Part shown: positions 53,745 to 64,000 of the stretch, one piece after another | Position numbering within the stretch: the first letter of the stretch is position 1 | Layout of the letters: every line of letters starts with the position of its first letter | Assembly (NCBI GenBank): GCA_964016885.1 | Contig: OZ024748.1 | Location: 11,284,001-11,348,000 of the forward strand | Origin: Eledone cirrhosa | Lineage: Eukaryota | Direction of reading: 5' to 3' | DNA: 64,000 bases | Position numbers and translations under genes: made by a program | The notes under the pieces: model-generated | Seen by the model: the letters and a program-made list of their open reading frames with translations, nothing else | Databases searched by the model: none | Told to the model about the DNA's origin: nothing

Positions 53745-56001
53745 GAAAAGATCCGATCTAGCTGTCGAAACAACCAGAGCTCAGTCGTCAGGGTCGTAAA
53801 TTTTTTCATATTATCCACTCTACTACCCCATGTATTGAGTACTCTGGTGGGTTATGGTCCATCTGGTATCTTACCACACTCTCTTTGTTATATATATATA
53901 TATATATATGTCTTTATTATGGTTGATTTTCCTGTGGGCACACTAGCAAAACTCCAGAGTAACAGGACTCATTACTTAAACACGCACCTCTCAGAGGAGG
54001 TATTTGACTTATTCTTTTCTGCTTTTTTGTGTGTATTTTACAGTTTGAAGATTATTTATTTTCTAAACCAAATCAAGTGTGGGACACGAAATATGATAAA
54101 GTGACTCAAGATATGAACCACCCTCTCTCTCACTATTGGATAGCTTCATCACATAACACGTAAGTTAGCCTGATCTGCCTCTCTTCTCTGATCTTTGATG
54201 TTTCTCTACATTTACACACACACACAGACAAACACACACATGTACACACACACACACACAGTCCTATATTTTATTAGTGCTTTAGGCTTTACTTAGACTT
54301 ACAAGCTCCCAGGTCTCAAGACACAAGAGGTAACCAAAGTGCTTCAATGACCACGGTCAGTTGCATCTATCAATACATCATTCCAATCATTGACAGGTTT
54401 GAGATCCATGTGTGTGTGTGTGTGTGTGTGTATATATAATATATATATGTATATATATATATATATATCACATGGCTTAGTGGTTAGAGCATTGGCCTTG
54501 CAATCGAAAGGTTGTGAGTTCAATTTTCAGACAGGGTGATGTGTTGTTTCCTTGAGCAAGACACTTTATTTCACATTGCTCCAGTTTTCTCAGCTGTAGA
54601 AATGAGATGATAGGGACTGGGGTTCCTATCATTCCACTGCCAAGTGGTCGTGGAGGTACCACGGCAAAAAAGCACCCAGCACTCACTGTAAATGAGGTTG
54701 GTGTTAGGAAGGGCATCCAGCTGTAGAAATCAAGCCAGAATCAGTTCCCGTCCCACCCTTGTAAGCAGGGAAAAAGCGGACGTAAAATGATGATGATGAT
54801 GATGATGATATCATCATCATCATCGTTTAATATCTATTTTCCACGCTAGCATGGGTTAGATGGGTTGTCCCATTTAAGGCAAGTTGGGTCAGGTGACCAT
54901 GTCTTGACGTGACTGTTTCTGGCTTGATTTTTCTGGCTGGATGCCCTTGCTGGTTTGAGCAGAAAGAGGTGAGAGAAATCTGGCCAGATACGACCAGTGT
55001 AAATGCTAAAGGGTTAAACAACTCAACAAGATCTGGAGAAGCAAAAAGCTTTTATTTGGTACTAAGATGAGATTTTACAACATGTGAAATGTAGACCCTC
55101 AAAGCAGTTAATGGGCTCAGTCCTTTCACTCTTGTCATTTAATTTTTTTTTATTGCAAACATCACTTAATTTAGTAGAAATTTCTAGAATAAATAATAAA
55201 TATCTTTATCCAAGAAATATCATTTTCATGAAATAACCAAAACAACAAAATTAACCTATGACTGTTCACTTTCCTGACATTTATACATTATTCTATATAC
55301 TATACATGCACCTTTGATGAGTTGTAGTGCACCTGAGCACTGTACACAATAATTTCATTATTATTTTTATTGATGATGATGTTGTTGTTCTATGTCAGTT
55401 ATTTAACCGGTTGTCAAATGAGGAGTGATTCATCTGTAGAAGCCTATGCCCGGTGCTTGAGAATGGGTTGTCGATGTATTGAATGTAAGTAAAATGCTAA
55501 ATATCTATATTTATCTCTTTATTTAATCAATTTCTCAAACGTCTAGAGCTAGTGAAGGTATGTGGCTGAGTCGTCAGAGAATTGGATTTGCAATCGTGAG
55601 GTTGTAAGTTTGATTCCCGGACCAAGACACTTTATTTGAATCTATTAAAATAACCTCCATGTATTCAATAGTTATCTTTGCCTGCTCTTGTTGTTATTAT
55701 TGTTGCTGTTGTTATTGTTAAGGTTGATATTCATATTCTCCTTCGCTTTTTCCTTCTTCATTTCTTTTTTTTTTTTCAGTGGATTGTTGGGATGGTCCTG
55801 AAGGTTTTCCACACATAACACATGGCCTTACGCTAACCAGTAAAATAAAATTCCTTGATGTCCTCAAAACTATTGCTGAGCATGCCTGGGTAGCGACAGA
55901 GTAAGTAGCTCTGCTCCCACTGACTCTTCTTTCTGTGTGATGTATATACGTGTGTGATTGTTAGTGTGTATTCCTCAAGTTGTTTCTGTATGATGTGTGT
56001 G

Positions 56002-56035
<34 letters not shown>

Positions 56036-56316
56036 CATAACTCTCAGGTGGTTTCTGTGTGATGTATATATATATATGTGTGTGTGTGTGTGTGCATAAC
56101 TCAAGTTGTTTCTGTATGATGTGTGTGTATATATATATATATATGTGTGTGTGTGTATGTGCATAACTCTCAGGTTGTTTCTGTGTGATGTGTGTGTATA
56201 TATATATGTGTGTGTGTGTGTGCATAACTCTCAAGTTGTTTCTGTGTGATGTGTGTGTATATATATATATATATGTGTGTGTATGTGTGCATAACTCTCA
56301 GGTTGTTTGTGTGTGA

Positions 56317-56357
<41 letters not shown>

Positions 56358-56447
56358 TTGTGAGTTCCTCTCAGGTTGTTTGTGTGTGAAGTATATATAT
56401 ATATATATATGTGTGTGTGTATATTACTCTCAAGTTGTTTCTATGTA

Positions 56448-56492
<45 letters not shown>

Positions 56493-59400
56493 CCTTATGT
56501 TATGGAGATATTTACAGTGTTGTTATGTCATCATATTTATCTTCAATTTCAGTTATCCACTGATTTTATCAATAGAGAATCACTGTACACTCCCACAACA
56601 GCGGAAAATGGCAATGGCGTTCAAAGATATGTTCCGAGGTAGGTTTATTCAAACTTTACATTTTCATCTGTTTTCCACGCTATCAAGGATTGTTGTATAT
56701 TTTATATGCAGTTTTAATATGATCATGAATCCAAGTAGCTGAAATGTAGTTCCTCGAAAGGGTCTTTGGACTAATGTCACTCAATGGTGAGTGAGGCTCA
56801 GAGAGTCACTCCAGGTAGAGCCACTACTTCTCTGAATTTAGAGATCACAGCTCTGATATTACAGTCATGTGGTTAGAATGTCTCGGGAAAGAATCACTGG
56901 ACAGATTTTACAAGCAAAACCAACTGGCAGGTGACCCAGGGGTAGACCCTGAGCAAGATGGTTGGATAACATCCATGAACTTGGCTGGTCTCGCTTGGGG
57001 ATCCAGCTGGATCAATTGGAGACGGTTGCTTCTGATAGGACCTGCTGGATGGAGTGTTTGAGGACTCTGCCCCCATGACCCTCTCAGGAATAAGTGGGGT
57101 GAAGAAGGAGAAGAGGCGGATGTATTTTATTGGCTATTCTGCTCACTTTAGACTGTTTGTTTTTATTTTTAGATGACTTACTGGTTGATTTTATTGACAA
57201 AGATGAAACTCAGTTGCCTTCCCCTAACCAACTACGGAAAAAGATCCTTTTAAAGGTTTGTCTAAGTTATTAAATTCCTTCTTTCTGACAACAATTTCTT
57301 TTTGTTTTTACATTTCTAAACTGTTGCTTATTTTTAAAAAAAAGTGAATTTCTGGCAGTGTAGTTACTCTGTTAACAATAGATATTAGTTGAATAGACAA
57401 AATGGTTGGCAGAAGGCTTTCTATGATTTATGTGATATTCTCTGACCTTTTATCTAACTTATCTCCATTGTGGATTGGCAGTATCGGTAGAGGGTCGGAC
57501 GCCATGCTTTCCAGCATAGTTACGTCTGAGTTCAAATCCCGCCGAGGTTGACTTTGCCTTTCATCCTTACGGGGTCGATAAAATAAACTATCAGTAATAC
57601 ACTGGGTAATTGCTGGCCTTGTGCCTAAAGTAGAAACAATTATATACATCATATATAACATATATGTCACAGCAAATATACATAATGTGTTATATTTGAC
57701 TTATATCCAACATACACAACACATTTCCTTTCATATCATGTGTAATATTTTCTGTATCTCTGATTTGATTTGCTCTAAATATAACTGTTTTGTCAATTTT
57801 TTTTAATACTTTTAGAATAAAAAACTACAAAAAGGTGCAGAAGAATGCGTAGTAAATGCAGATGATAGTAAGTTTTCTTTGTTAATAGTGTTTTTTTTTT
57901 TTTGTTGTCTTTTTACATCTACTTTCCCATGCTGGCATAGGTTTGGATGGGATGGTTTGAGACAATGTTTTACAGTCAGATGCCCTTTCTGATGCTTTTC
58001 ATGGCATACAGGGATATGGTGTATGGTGTGTAGGCGCTTGTAACTCCTGATGGAGTTGTAGGGTCACCGTAGTAGCATACTGAATTTCTTGGACATTTTT
58101 AAGCCTGGTGGAGCCCATCCTTCTCCAGATTTCTTCCAGAGAAGGATAGAAAGTGAGAGGGAAAAGACGTGAGAAAGAGATATAGAGGAAGAATCAACCC
58201 CCAGTAGTAGACTGGTACTTTTTTAAATTGACCTTGAAAGTGTGGGAGGCAAAGTTGACGTCGGCGCGATTTGAACTCAGAGAACCTAAACAGATTCCAC
58301 AAAGTGCACTATCTGACGTTCTAACAACTCAACTCTACTATTTCACTGCCTTATGGTGTACCTATTCTAAAACCTGGGATACATACAGCTTATATATTGT
58401 AACTTTTGTTATTTCTGGATGTAAAGTGGATTGGTATTATCTTATCCTTTGCTGGTGGATTGGCAGTACTCGGTAGAGCGTCTGACAACATGCTATATAG
58501 CATATAATTATGTTTATCAGGGCACAAACACTAGAGACATTGTTATGCTTTTGACACAAATTAAATATGTTCTCATCCCTTTTGGAAAATTTCCTATAGC
58601 TAGAGGTTCTTCCTATCATCAGCCACTTTTACAGAGTGTACGGGGTGCATTTATCATGTTGGCAAATTTTCTATAACTGGAGGGTCTTCTTATCATCAAC
58701 AACTTTTACAGAGTGTACAGAGTGTATTTATTGTGTTGGCAAATTTTTTATAGCTGGAGGCTATTCCTATCATCAATCACTTTTCCAGAGTGTACTGGGT
58801 GCATTTATCATGTTCAAATTTTCTATAGCTCGATGCTCTTCTTATTACCAACCACTTTTCCAGAGTGTACTGGGTGCATTTATCATGTTCAAATTTCTAT
58901 AGCTAGATGCTCTCCTTATTACCAACCACTTTTCCAGAGTGTACTGGGTGCATTTATCATGTCACCAATAACAGAAAAGGTGTTGAGTCCTTCACACGGC
59001 TGAAGAATCCTCTCTTGACCCTTTTTTTTTACTTAACTTACCAATAATATAACTTCCATTTCTTCTTGTTGTTGCTCTTGTAGATAACATAGACACTGAT
59101 CTGAATAATTCTGTCAAGAATGGTATTATGTATCTTGAAGATCCCATTGATCATGTAAGTATTAATAATTTATTGTATTAGCATGACGTGTGTGTGTGTG
59201 TAGAGAGAGGGGGAGGTCCATGTGTGTGTACTTGCATGTATGCTTCATCATCATCATCATCATCATCACCGTTTTACGTCCGTTCTTCCACGCTAGCATG
59301 GGTTAGACGGGTTGTTCTGTTGTGGGCAGTGTCTGGTCGGCTGACCATGCCTTGCTCATACAGGAACTGATTTGTCTTGATTTCTACAGCTGGATGCCCT

Positions 59401-62400
59401 TCCTAACACCAACCTCATTTACAGTGAGTGCTGGGTGCTTTTTCGTGGCGCCTACACGCCCACTTTACAGTGTGGGCTGGGTGCTTTTTTGCCGTGGCAC
59501 CTCCACGACCACCTTGCAGTGGAGGGTGTGGGGGCATATTGTCTATATGCTTCAGCTTGTACCATTGATTTTATAGCTTACAGACACAGTATTTGCTTGT
59601 CGTATGTTTGTGTGTTTGTCTGTCTGCCTTTTTGCCTGCCTACCTGTCTGTGTGTGTGTGTAGAGGTGGCGCTTCATCATCATCATCATCATCATCTTTA
59701 TGTTGACTTTTCCAATGCTGGCATGGATTGGATGGGAAATTTTTTGGGCAATGTTTTACAGCCAGATGTCGCCAGATGTCCTTCTTCCTCATACCAATCC
59801 TTTCAGTCACTTCTCACAACACCCACTAATACGGTGTAGCTATTCTAAACCAGATGCACACAACTTTTATAGTTAATATCGTTTGGTTACATCTCATGAT
59901 TAATCTTCTGTATCTTTTTAGGTTTGGCACCCTCATATATTTGTATTAACTCCGACCAAACTTCTATATGCTGAAGACCCATCTGCAGCGGAACAAGATG
60001 AAGACCAAGATGATGAAGAAAACAGCTTATGTGCAGAGGTTAGATTTAGTAATATTCTCCTCTCCACTAGTTAACATCTGTTTAGTAACTACTGAGTCTG
60101 CTAAAAAAAATGTATACACACTTACACATCATCACCGTTTTACGTCCATTCTTCCACACTAGCATGGGTTAGACAGATTGTCCTGTTGTGGGCAGTGTCC
60201 AGTCAGCTGACCTTCTCTTGCTCATACAGGAACTGATTCTGGCATGATTTCTACAGCTGGATGCCCTTCCTAACACCAACCTCATTTACAGTGAGTGTTG
60301 GGTGCTTTTTTGCCGTGGCACCTCCACGACCACTTAGCAGTGGAATGATATGGACCCCAGTCCCTATCATCTCATTTCTACAGCTGAGTAAACTGGAGCA
60401 ATGTGAAATAAAGTGTCTTGCTCAAGGAAACAACACATCACCTGGTCTGAGAATTGAACTCACAACCTTTTGATTGCACGGCCAATGCTCTAACCACTAA
60501 GCCATGTGCCTCCACACTTCAGGAAAAAACATATATACTTGTATGAATATTTAATTTGTTTAACCCTTTAGCATTTAAACCGGCCGTATCCAGCCAAAAT
60601 TCTCTCACCCCGTTCTGTTCAAACTAGCTCTGGCTGCTCATACTGATGTTAAGGTATTGTTCTCAAAATAAATAATATCAAAATCTCAGAGATTTGATAT
60701 TATATGAGATAATTATGTGAGGTAAAGCCTTTACCATGAAAATATAATAGTATATATAGAGTAATGTGGTTAGAATGTCTCAGGAAAGTATTACTAGAAA
60801 GATTTTACAGGCAAAACCAACTGGCAGGATACCCAAAGGTAGGCCCACTCCAAACAAGTTGCTTACATAACATCCATGAGCTCAGCTAGTCTCATTTGGG
60901 GTTCTAGCTGAATCAAGTGGAGATGGTTGCTTCTGACAGGGCCTTCTGACAGGACCTTCTGACAGGACCTTCTGACAGGACCTTCTGACAGGACCTTCTG
61001 ACAGGACCTTCTGACATGACCTTCTGACATGACCTTCTGACATGACCTTTTGACATGACCTTTTGACATGACCTTCTGACAGGACCTTCTGACAGGACCT
61101 TCTGACATGACCTTCTGACATGACCTTCTGACATGACCTTCTGACATGACCTTCTGACAGGACCTTCTGACAGGACCTTCTGACAGGACCTTCTGACAGG
61201 ACCTTCTGACAGGACCTTCTGACAGGACCTTCTGACAGGACCTTCTGACAGGACCTTCTGACATGACCTTCTGACAGGACCTTCTGACAGGACCTTCTGA
61301 CAGGACCTTCTGACAGGACCTTCTGACATGACCTTCTGACAGGACCTTCTGACAGGACCTTCTGACAGGACCTTCTGACAGGACCTTCTGACAGGACCTT
61401 CTGACAGGACCTTCTGACAGGACCTTCTGACAGGACCTTCTGACAGGACCTTCTGACAGGACCTTCTGACAGGACCTTCTGACAGGACCTTCTGACAGGA
61501 CCTTCTGACATGACCTGACAGGACCTTCTGACAGGACCTTCTGACATGACCTTCTGACAGGACCTTCTGACATGACCTTCTGACATGACCTTCTGACATG
61601 ACCTTCTGACAGGACCTTCTGACAGGACCTTCTGACAGGACCTTCTGACAGGACCTTCTGACAGGACCTTCTGACAGGACCTTCTGACAGGACCTTCTGA
61701 CATGACCTTCTGACAGGACCTTCTGACAGGACCTTCTCAGGAATAAGTGCACGAAGAAGATAATAACAACTAAATAGTAAAAACACAAGTATAATAATTG
61801 TTTCTACTTTAGGCACAAGGCCAGCAATTATCCCAGTGTATCACTGGTATAATAATAATAATAATAATAATAATAATTGTTTCGACTTCAGGCACACGGC
61901 TAACATCTTCGGGGGATGGGAAAGTCAGTTACATCGACCCCCAGTACATTACTGGTGCTTTATTTATTGACTCCAGAAGGATGAAAGACAAAGTTGACCT
62001 CGGCGGGATTTGAACACAGAACGCAAAGGACCATAACTCTGTGCTGCACAGCATGGTGTCCAACACTCTACTGATACTGCCAAACTAAATAGTAAAAACA
62101 TCAGTATAATAATTGTTTCTACTATAGGCACAAGGTCAGCAATTTGAAAGGGAGGCGAAAGTCGATTAAATCAATTTCAGTGCATTACTGGTACTTTATT
62201 TTATTTACCCCGTAAGGATGAATGGCAAAGCTAACCTCGGTGTGTAATAATAAGGAAAACATTTGTGTAGTTTTGTGACTATTGTTTTTTTCTTTTTCTC
62301 TTTTCATTTGTTCTTCACACCCAATAGAACCGTTCTAGTGATGAGCTTCACTTTGGTGAGAAATGGTTCCATGGTAAACTAGAAGGAGGCCGACACCGTG

Positions 62401-62497
62401 CTGAATGGTTACTACATCAATACAAGAATCTAGGTGATGGTACATTTCTTGTCCGGGAGAGTGAAACCTTTATCGGAGATTTTTCCTTATCATTCTT
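42510..62497 (+). CDS. PLCG1: Phospholipase C-gamma, partial multi-exon gene (17 exons visible; PH, EF-hand, X box, split PH-N, nSH2 start)
   Basis: 17 AG/GT-bounded exons join in frame (1558 nt, no stops). Motifs: [12 protein letters not shown] (PH), [14 protein letters not shown] and GCRCIELDCWDG (X box), [19 protein letters not shown] (split PH), [15 protein letters not shown] (SH2). The domain order is diagnostic of the gamma class. First coding exon and 3' exons not seen. Confidence 0.97.
45764..45857 (+). CDS. PLCG1: PLC-gamma exon (PH C-terminal helix): [32 protein letters not shown]
   Basis: poly-T tag acceptor, AG|gtatct donor, 94 nt, phase 1-2. Confidence 0.95.
47359..47577. mobile_element. 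piggyBac-type MITE (~220 bp); other copies at ~9957-10172, 21366-21583, 29985-30765, 38185-38719, 46795-46976, 52499-52869, 54950-55016, 60563-60770, 63878-64000
   Basis: TIR CCCTTTAGCATTTA...TAAATGCTAAAGGG flanked by TTAA on both sides; about 10 similar copies in both orientations. Confidence 0.88.
47826..47885 (-). ncRNA. Hammerhead-like fold with degenerate stem I
   Basis: CTGACGA-A-TCCTACG(gtta)CGTAaGGA-A-GAA-AC(att)GT-A; stem I only partly pairs (ttttat/ataaaa). Confidence 0.5.
48594..48641 (+). CDS. PLCG1: PLC-gamma exon: [16 protein letters not shown]
   Basis: gacag acceptor, gtaagt donor, 48 nt, phase 2-2; WLRKxF motif. Confidence 0.93.
48695..49075 (+). mobile_element. Decayed RTE (Rex3/Expander-like) C-terminal fragment; relatives at 7500-7850(-), 35040-35220(+), 51200-51345(-), 56725-57115(+), 60766-61760(+)
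   Basis: Translates [55 protein letters not shown] with stops; internal duplication; copies mutually similar. Confidence 0.8.
49230..49311 (+). CDS. PLCG1: PLC-gamma exon (EF region): [27 protein letters not shown]
   Basis: ttttcag acceptor, gtaagt donor, 82 nt, phase 2-0. Confidence 0.92.
50439..50519 (+). CDS. PLCG1: PLC-gamma exon (EF-hand): [27 protein letters not shown]
   Basis: tttcag acceptor, gtaagt donor, 81 nt, phase 0-0; EF-hand loop. Confidence 0.93.
50640..51190 (-). mobile_element. Older, diverged RTE LINE 3' fragment
   Basis: [46 protein letters not shown]; frameshifted; ORF runs directly into the (GAT)n tail. Confidence 0.9.
51442..51491 (+). CDS. PLCG1: PLC-gamma exon: [17 protein letters not shown]
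   Basis: ctttcag acceptor, AG|gtaaca donor, 50 nt, phase 0-2; required to bridge the phases of its neighbours. Confidence 0.85.
52408..52456 (+). CDS. PLCG1: PLC-gamma exon (EF region): [16 protein letters not shown]
   Basis: atttcag acceptor, gtaagt donor, 49 nt, phase 2-0; FxxFLxxEQ PLC motif. Confidence 0.92.
52959..53060 (+). CDS. PLCG1: PLC-gamma exon: [34 protein letters not shown]
   Basis: ttttcag acceptor, gttagt donor, 102 nt, phase 0-0; EPYF motif. Confidence 0.93.
53240..53304 (-). ncRNA. Putative minimal type I hammerhead ribozyme, paralog of 39381-39446
   Basis: TATTTTGT-CTGATGA-AGGcATACCA(loop)TGGTATcCCT-GAA-ATATGTAT-A-ATGAAATA. Confidence 0.72.
54044..54159 (+). CDS. PLCG1: PLC-gamma exon (EF4/X box start): [39 protein letters not shown]
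   Basis: ttacag acceptor, gtaagt donor, 116 nt, phase 0-2; first catalytic His (SSHNT). Confidence 0.97.
54469..54809 (+). mobile_element. Same SINE family, full length
   Basis: A/B boxes, body and (GAT)n tail match the 20172 and 38342 copies. Confidence 0.88.
55399..55484 (+). CDS. PLCG1: PLC-gamma exon (X box): [28 protein letters not shown]
   Basis: gtcag acceptor, gtaagt donor, 86 nt, phase 2-1. Confidence 0.97.
55780..55900 (+). CDS. PLCG1: PLC-gamma exon (X box): [40 protein letters not shown]
   Basis: poly-T cag acceptor, gtaagt donor, 121 nt, phase 1-2; second catalytic His (HG.TLT). Confidence 0.97.
56553..56638 (+). CDS. PLCG1: PLC-gamma exon (X box): [28 protein letters not shown]
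   Basis: tttcag acceptor, G|gtaggt donor, 86 nt, phase 2-1. Confidence 0.97.
57173..57255 (+). CDS. PLCG1: PLC-gamma exon (X box end): [28 protein letters not shown]
   Basis: tttttag acceptor, AAG|gtttgt donor, 83 nt, phase 1-0; LPSP..L..KIL.K motif. Confidence 0.96.
57816..57867 (+). CDS. PLCG1: PLC-gamma exon: [17 protein letters not shown]
   Basis: ttttag acceptor, gtaagt donor, 52 nt, phase 0-1. Confidence 0.9.
59084..59154 (+). CDS. PLCG1: PLC-gamma exon (split PH-N): [24 protein letters not shown]
   Basis: ttgtag acceptor, gtaagt donor, 71 nt, phase 1-0. Confidence 0.95.
59245..59563 (-). mobile_element. Third copy of the RTE LINE (3' UTR plus last codons only)
   Basis: Matches 3101-3415 with several substitutions. 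Confidence 0.9.
59922..60038 (+). CDS. PLCG1: PLC-gamma exon (split PH-N + acidic linker): [39 protein letters not shown]
   Basis: tttttag acceptor, GAG|gttaga donor, 117 nt, phase 0-0. Confidence 0.94.
60128..60512 (-). mobile_element. Same SINE head/body with the alternative RTE tail
   Basis: Reverse complement of the SINE; tail matches the young LINE tail (acccatgctag.gtggaagaa.ggacgtaaaacggtgatg). Confidence 0.88.
60931..61737. repeat. 13-bp minisatellite (ttctgacaggacc / ttctgacatgacc), ~60 copies
   Basis: Visible directly; embedded in an RTE-tail remnant. Confidence 0.96.
62328..62497 (+). CDS. PLCG1: PLC-gamma exon (nSH2 N-half): [56 protein letters not shown]
   Basis: caatag acceptor, gtaagt donor, 170 nt, phase 0-2; FLVRES SH2 signature. 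Confidence 0.97.
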
Positions 62498-64000
62498 GTA
62501 AGTATTTCAATTCTATCAAAAATATTTAGGGTAGGGCTGGGTGGGCAAGTTGTTGATAGAAAGGTTGTTATAATTTGTTGAAATATTAACCTAATACTAA
62601 CCTTAACCGTAACCTCTTTTTTTTACAGATGGAAAGCCTTTACATTATTCATATCTAAATTATGTTTCAATCAGGTTGATATGTGGTTATTCTCAGTTTG
62701 AATTTACTTTGGTACTAAGTGATGGGTCACATTGTTGGTTTTGACTTCTCTCGGGTCTTGAATAATCATTAACCCCCTCCCCGATTATTAATTTTTCAGA
62801 CCCCCCCATTCCTGCAACAGTTAATTTTCTTTAGACATTAAAAAATATTTTACATGACAAAAAATAACATTACAAGAAATCCTATATGTTATAAAGCAAA
62901 TAGAATGGGTTGGGGTTTCAACTAAATGACTAATTCTGGTTTTTAAAAAAATCAACGGAGGCAACCTAGAAATCAATTGGTCTCATAGGGGGTTTCTTGG
63001 GGTTTTAATAATAAAGGCCCATGTCCTATCATGTTATATCAGCTCACACCTATGTAGGTTTAGCTGGCCTCAGGAGTTTTCTTTGGTTTTTTAATAATAA
63101 GGGCCCCACTCCTCTCATGTTATTGTTACTCACAAAAGATATGGGTATATTATTTGTTGTTGCGACTGGTGTTACTGCTACCGTTGCTGTTGTTTGTTAT
63201 CTTCAACTGCCAATTTGAAATTTGTTGTAAAATATTTGGTGAAACTGACCAAGATGTTTTTGTTATTTTTTTTTTTATTTTCATTTTATTTTTTGTTTTG
63301 TTCTTAAAGATATTTTATTTTCTCTAAAACTTTGGTAAGTAAACCCCACTTTTACTGACTGTTGTTAATGTCCAATCTGGCTGCATTTTTGGCACCAGCA
63401 ATCCCTGAAATACCAAATGTCCATGAAAAAACCCGATCCAATCCATTACAAACTTGACACCCACAGTGCTTCTCTGTTGATATATTGGCTTCATATTTGA
63501 ATTATAGATTGTTAGGAGAAAGAACATAAGAGTAGGGGTGATGCAGGGGGTTGGGTGTATTTTTTATGTTTATTTTTAGCTATCTGCTAATCCAGCTTTT
63601 TTTTGCTTTTTTTGTTCTTTTTTTTTTTCTTTTTCAAGCATTAAAAAAAAAAAAATCTTTATCATTCATTCTCCCTCGGATCTTATTAAAATATTTAATA
63701 TTGATATTTTTTGCCAGCCATTGTATATCTTCTGTGTTCACTGTCCATGTCACATTGCCAAGTGTGATGTTGCATGGCAGTGAGATATGTGCAGTGAAAT
63801 GATTGCAGAAGATATGTGAACGCTGGAGAGAAATAAAAACGAGCATGCTCTACTGGATGTGTAATGTTAAAATGTTAACCCTATAGCATTTAAACCGGCC
63901 ATATCTGGCCAGAATTCTCTCACCTCTTTCTGTTCAAACTGGCTGTAACTGGCCGCTCATACTGATGTCAAGGTATTGTTCTCAGAATAAATAACATCAA

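Noticed and set aside
60863-61816. 317/291/273-aa repetitive ORFs ([13 protein letters not shown])n
   Set aside because: Translation of a 13-bp minisatellite in all frames

Overview
Eukaryotic, AT-rich and microsatellite-dense animal genomic DNA. The repeat content (tRNA-derived SINEs with CORE/Meta/Nin-like domains, RTE LINEs, long TA/CA/CCA tracts) suggests a cephalopod such as octopus; this is inference. The only host gene is a phospholipase C-gamma (PLCG) on the + strand. I traced 17 consecutive GT-AG exons from 42510 to 62497 (1558 nt, all phases compatible). They encode PH, EF-hands, catalytic X box, the N-terminal half of the split PH and the start of nSH2. The first coding exon is not visible, so 1-42509 is probably one very large first intron, and the gene continues past the window. 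The rest is transposons: a young RTE LINE with a PHD finger inside its RT, a Tx1-like remnant, several SINE families, a hAT MITE, piggyBac-type MITEs and a Helitron. Several minisatellites have clearly grown out of these transposons. The most notable unannotated signal is a set of short, mutually divergent non-coding elements sitting in (TA)n tracts. They carry type I hammerhead ribozyme folds (with compensatory stem changes between two copies), often as tail-to-tail palindromes, and look like non-autonomous Penelope/retrozyme-like elements. Nearly all long ORFs in the supplied track are microsatellite artefacts.
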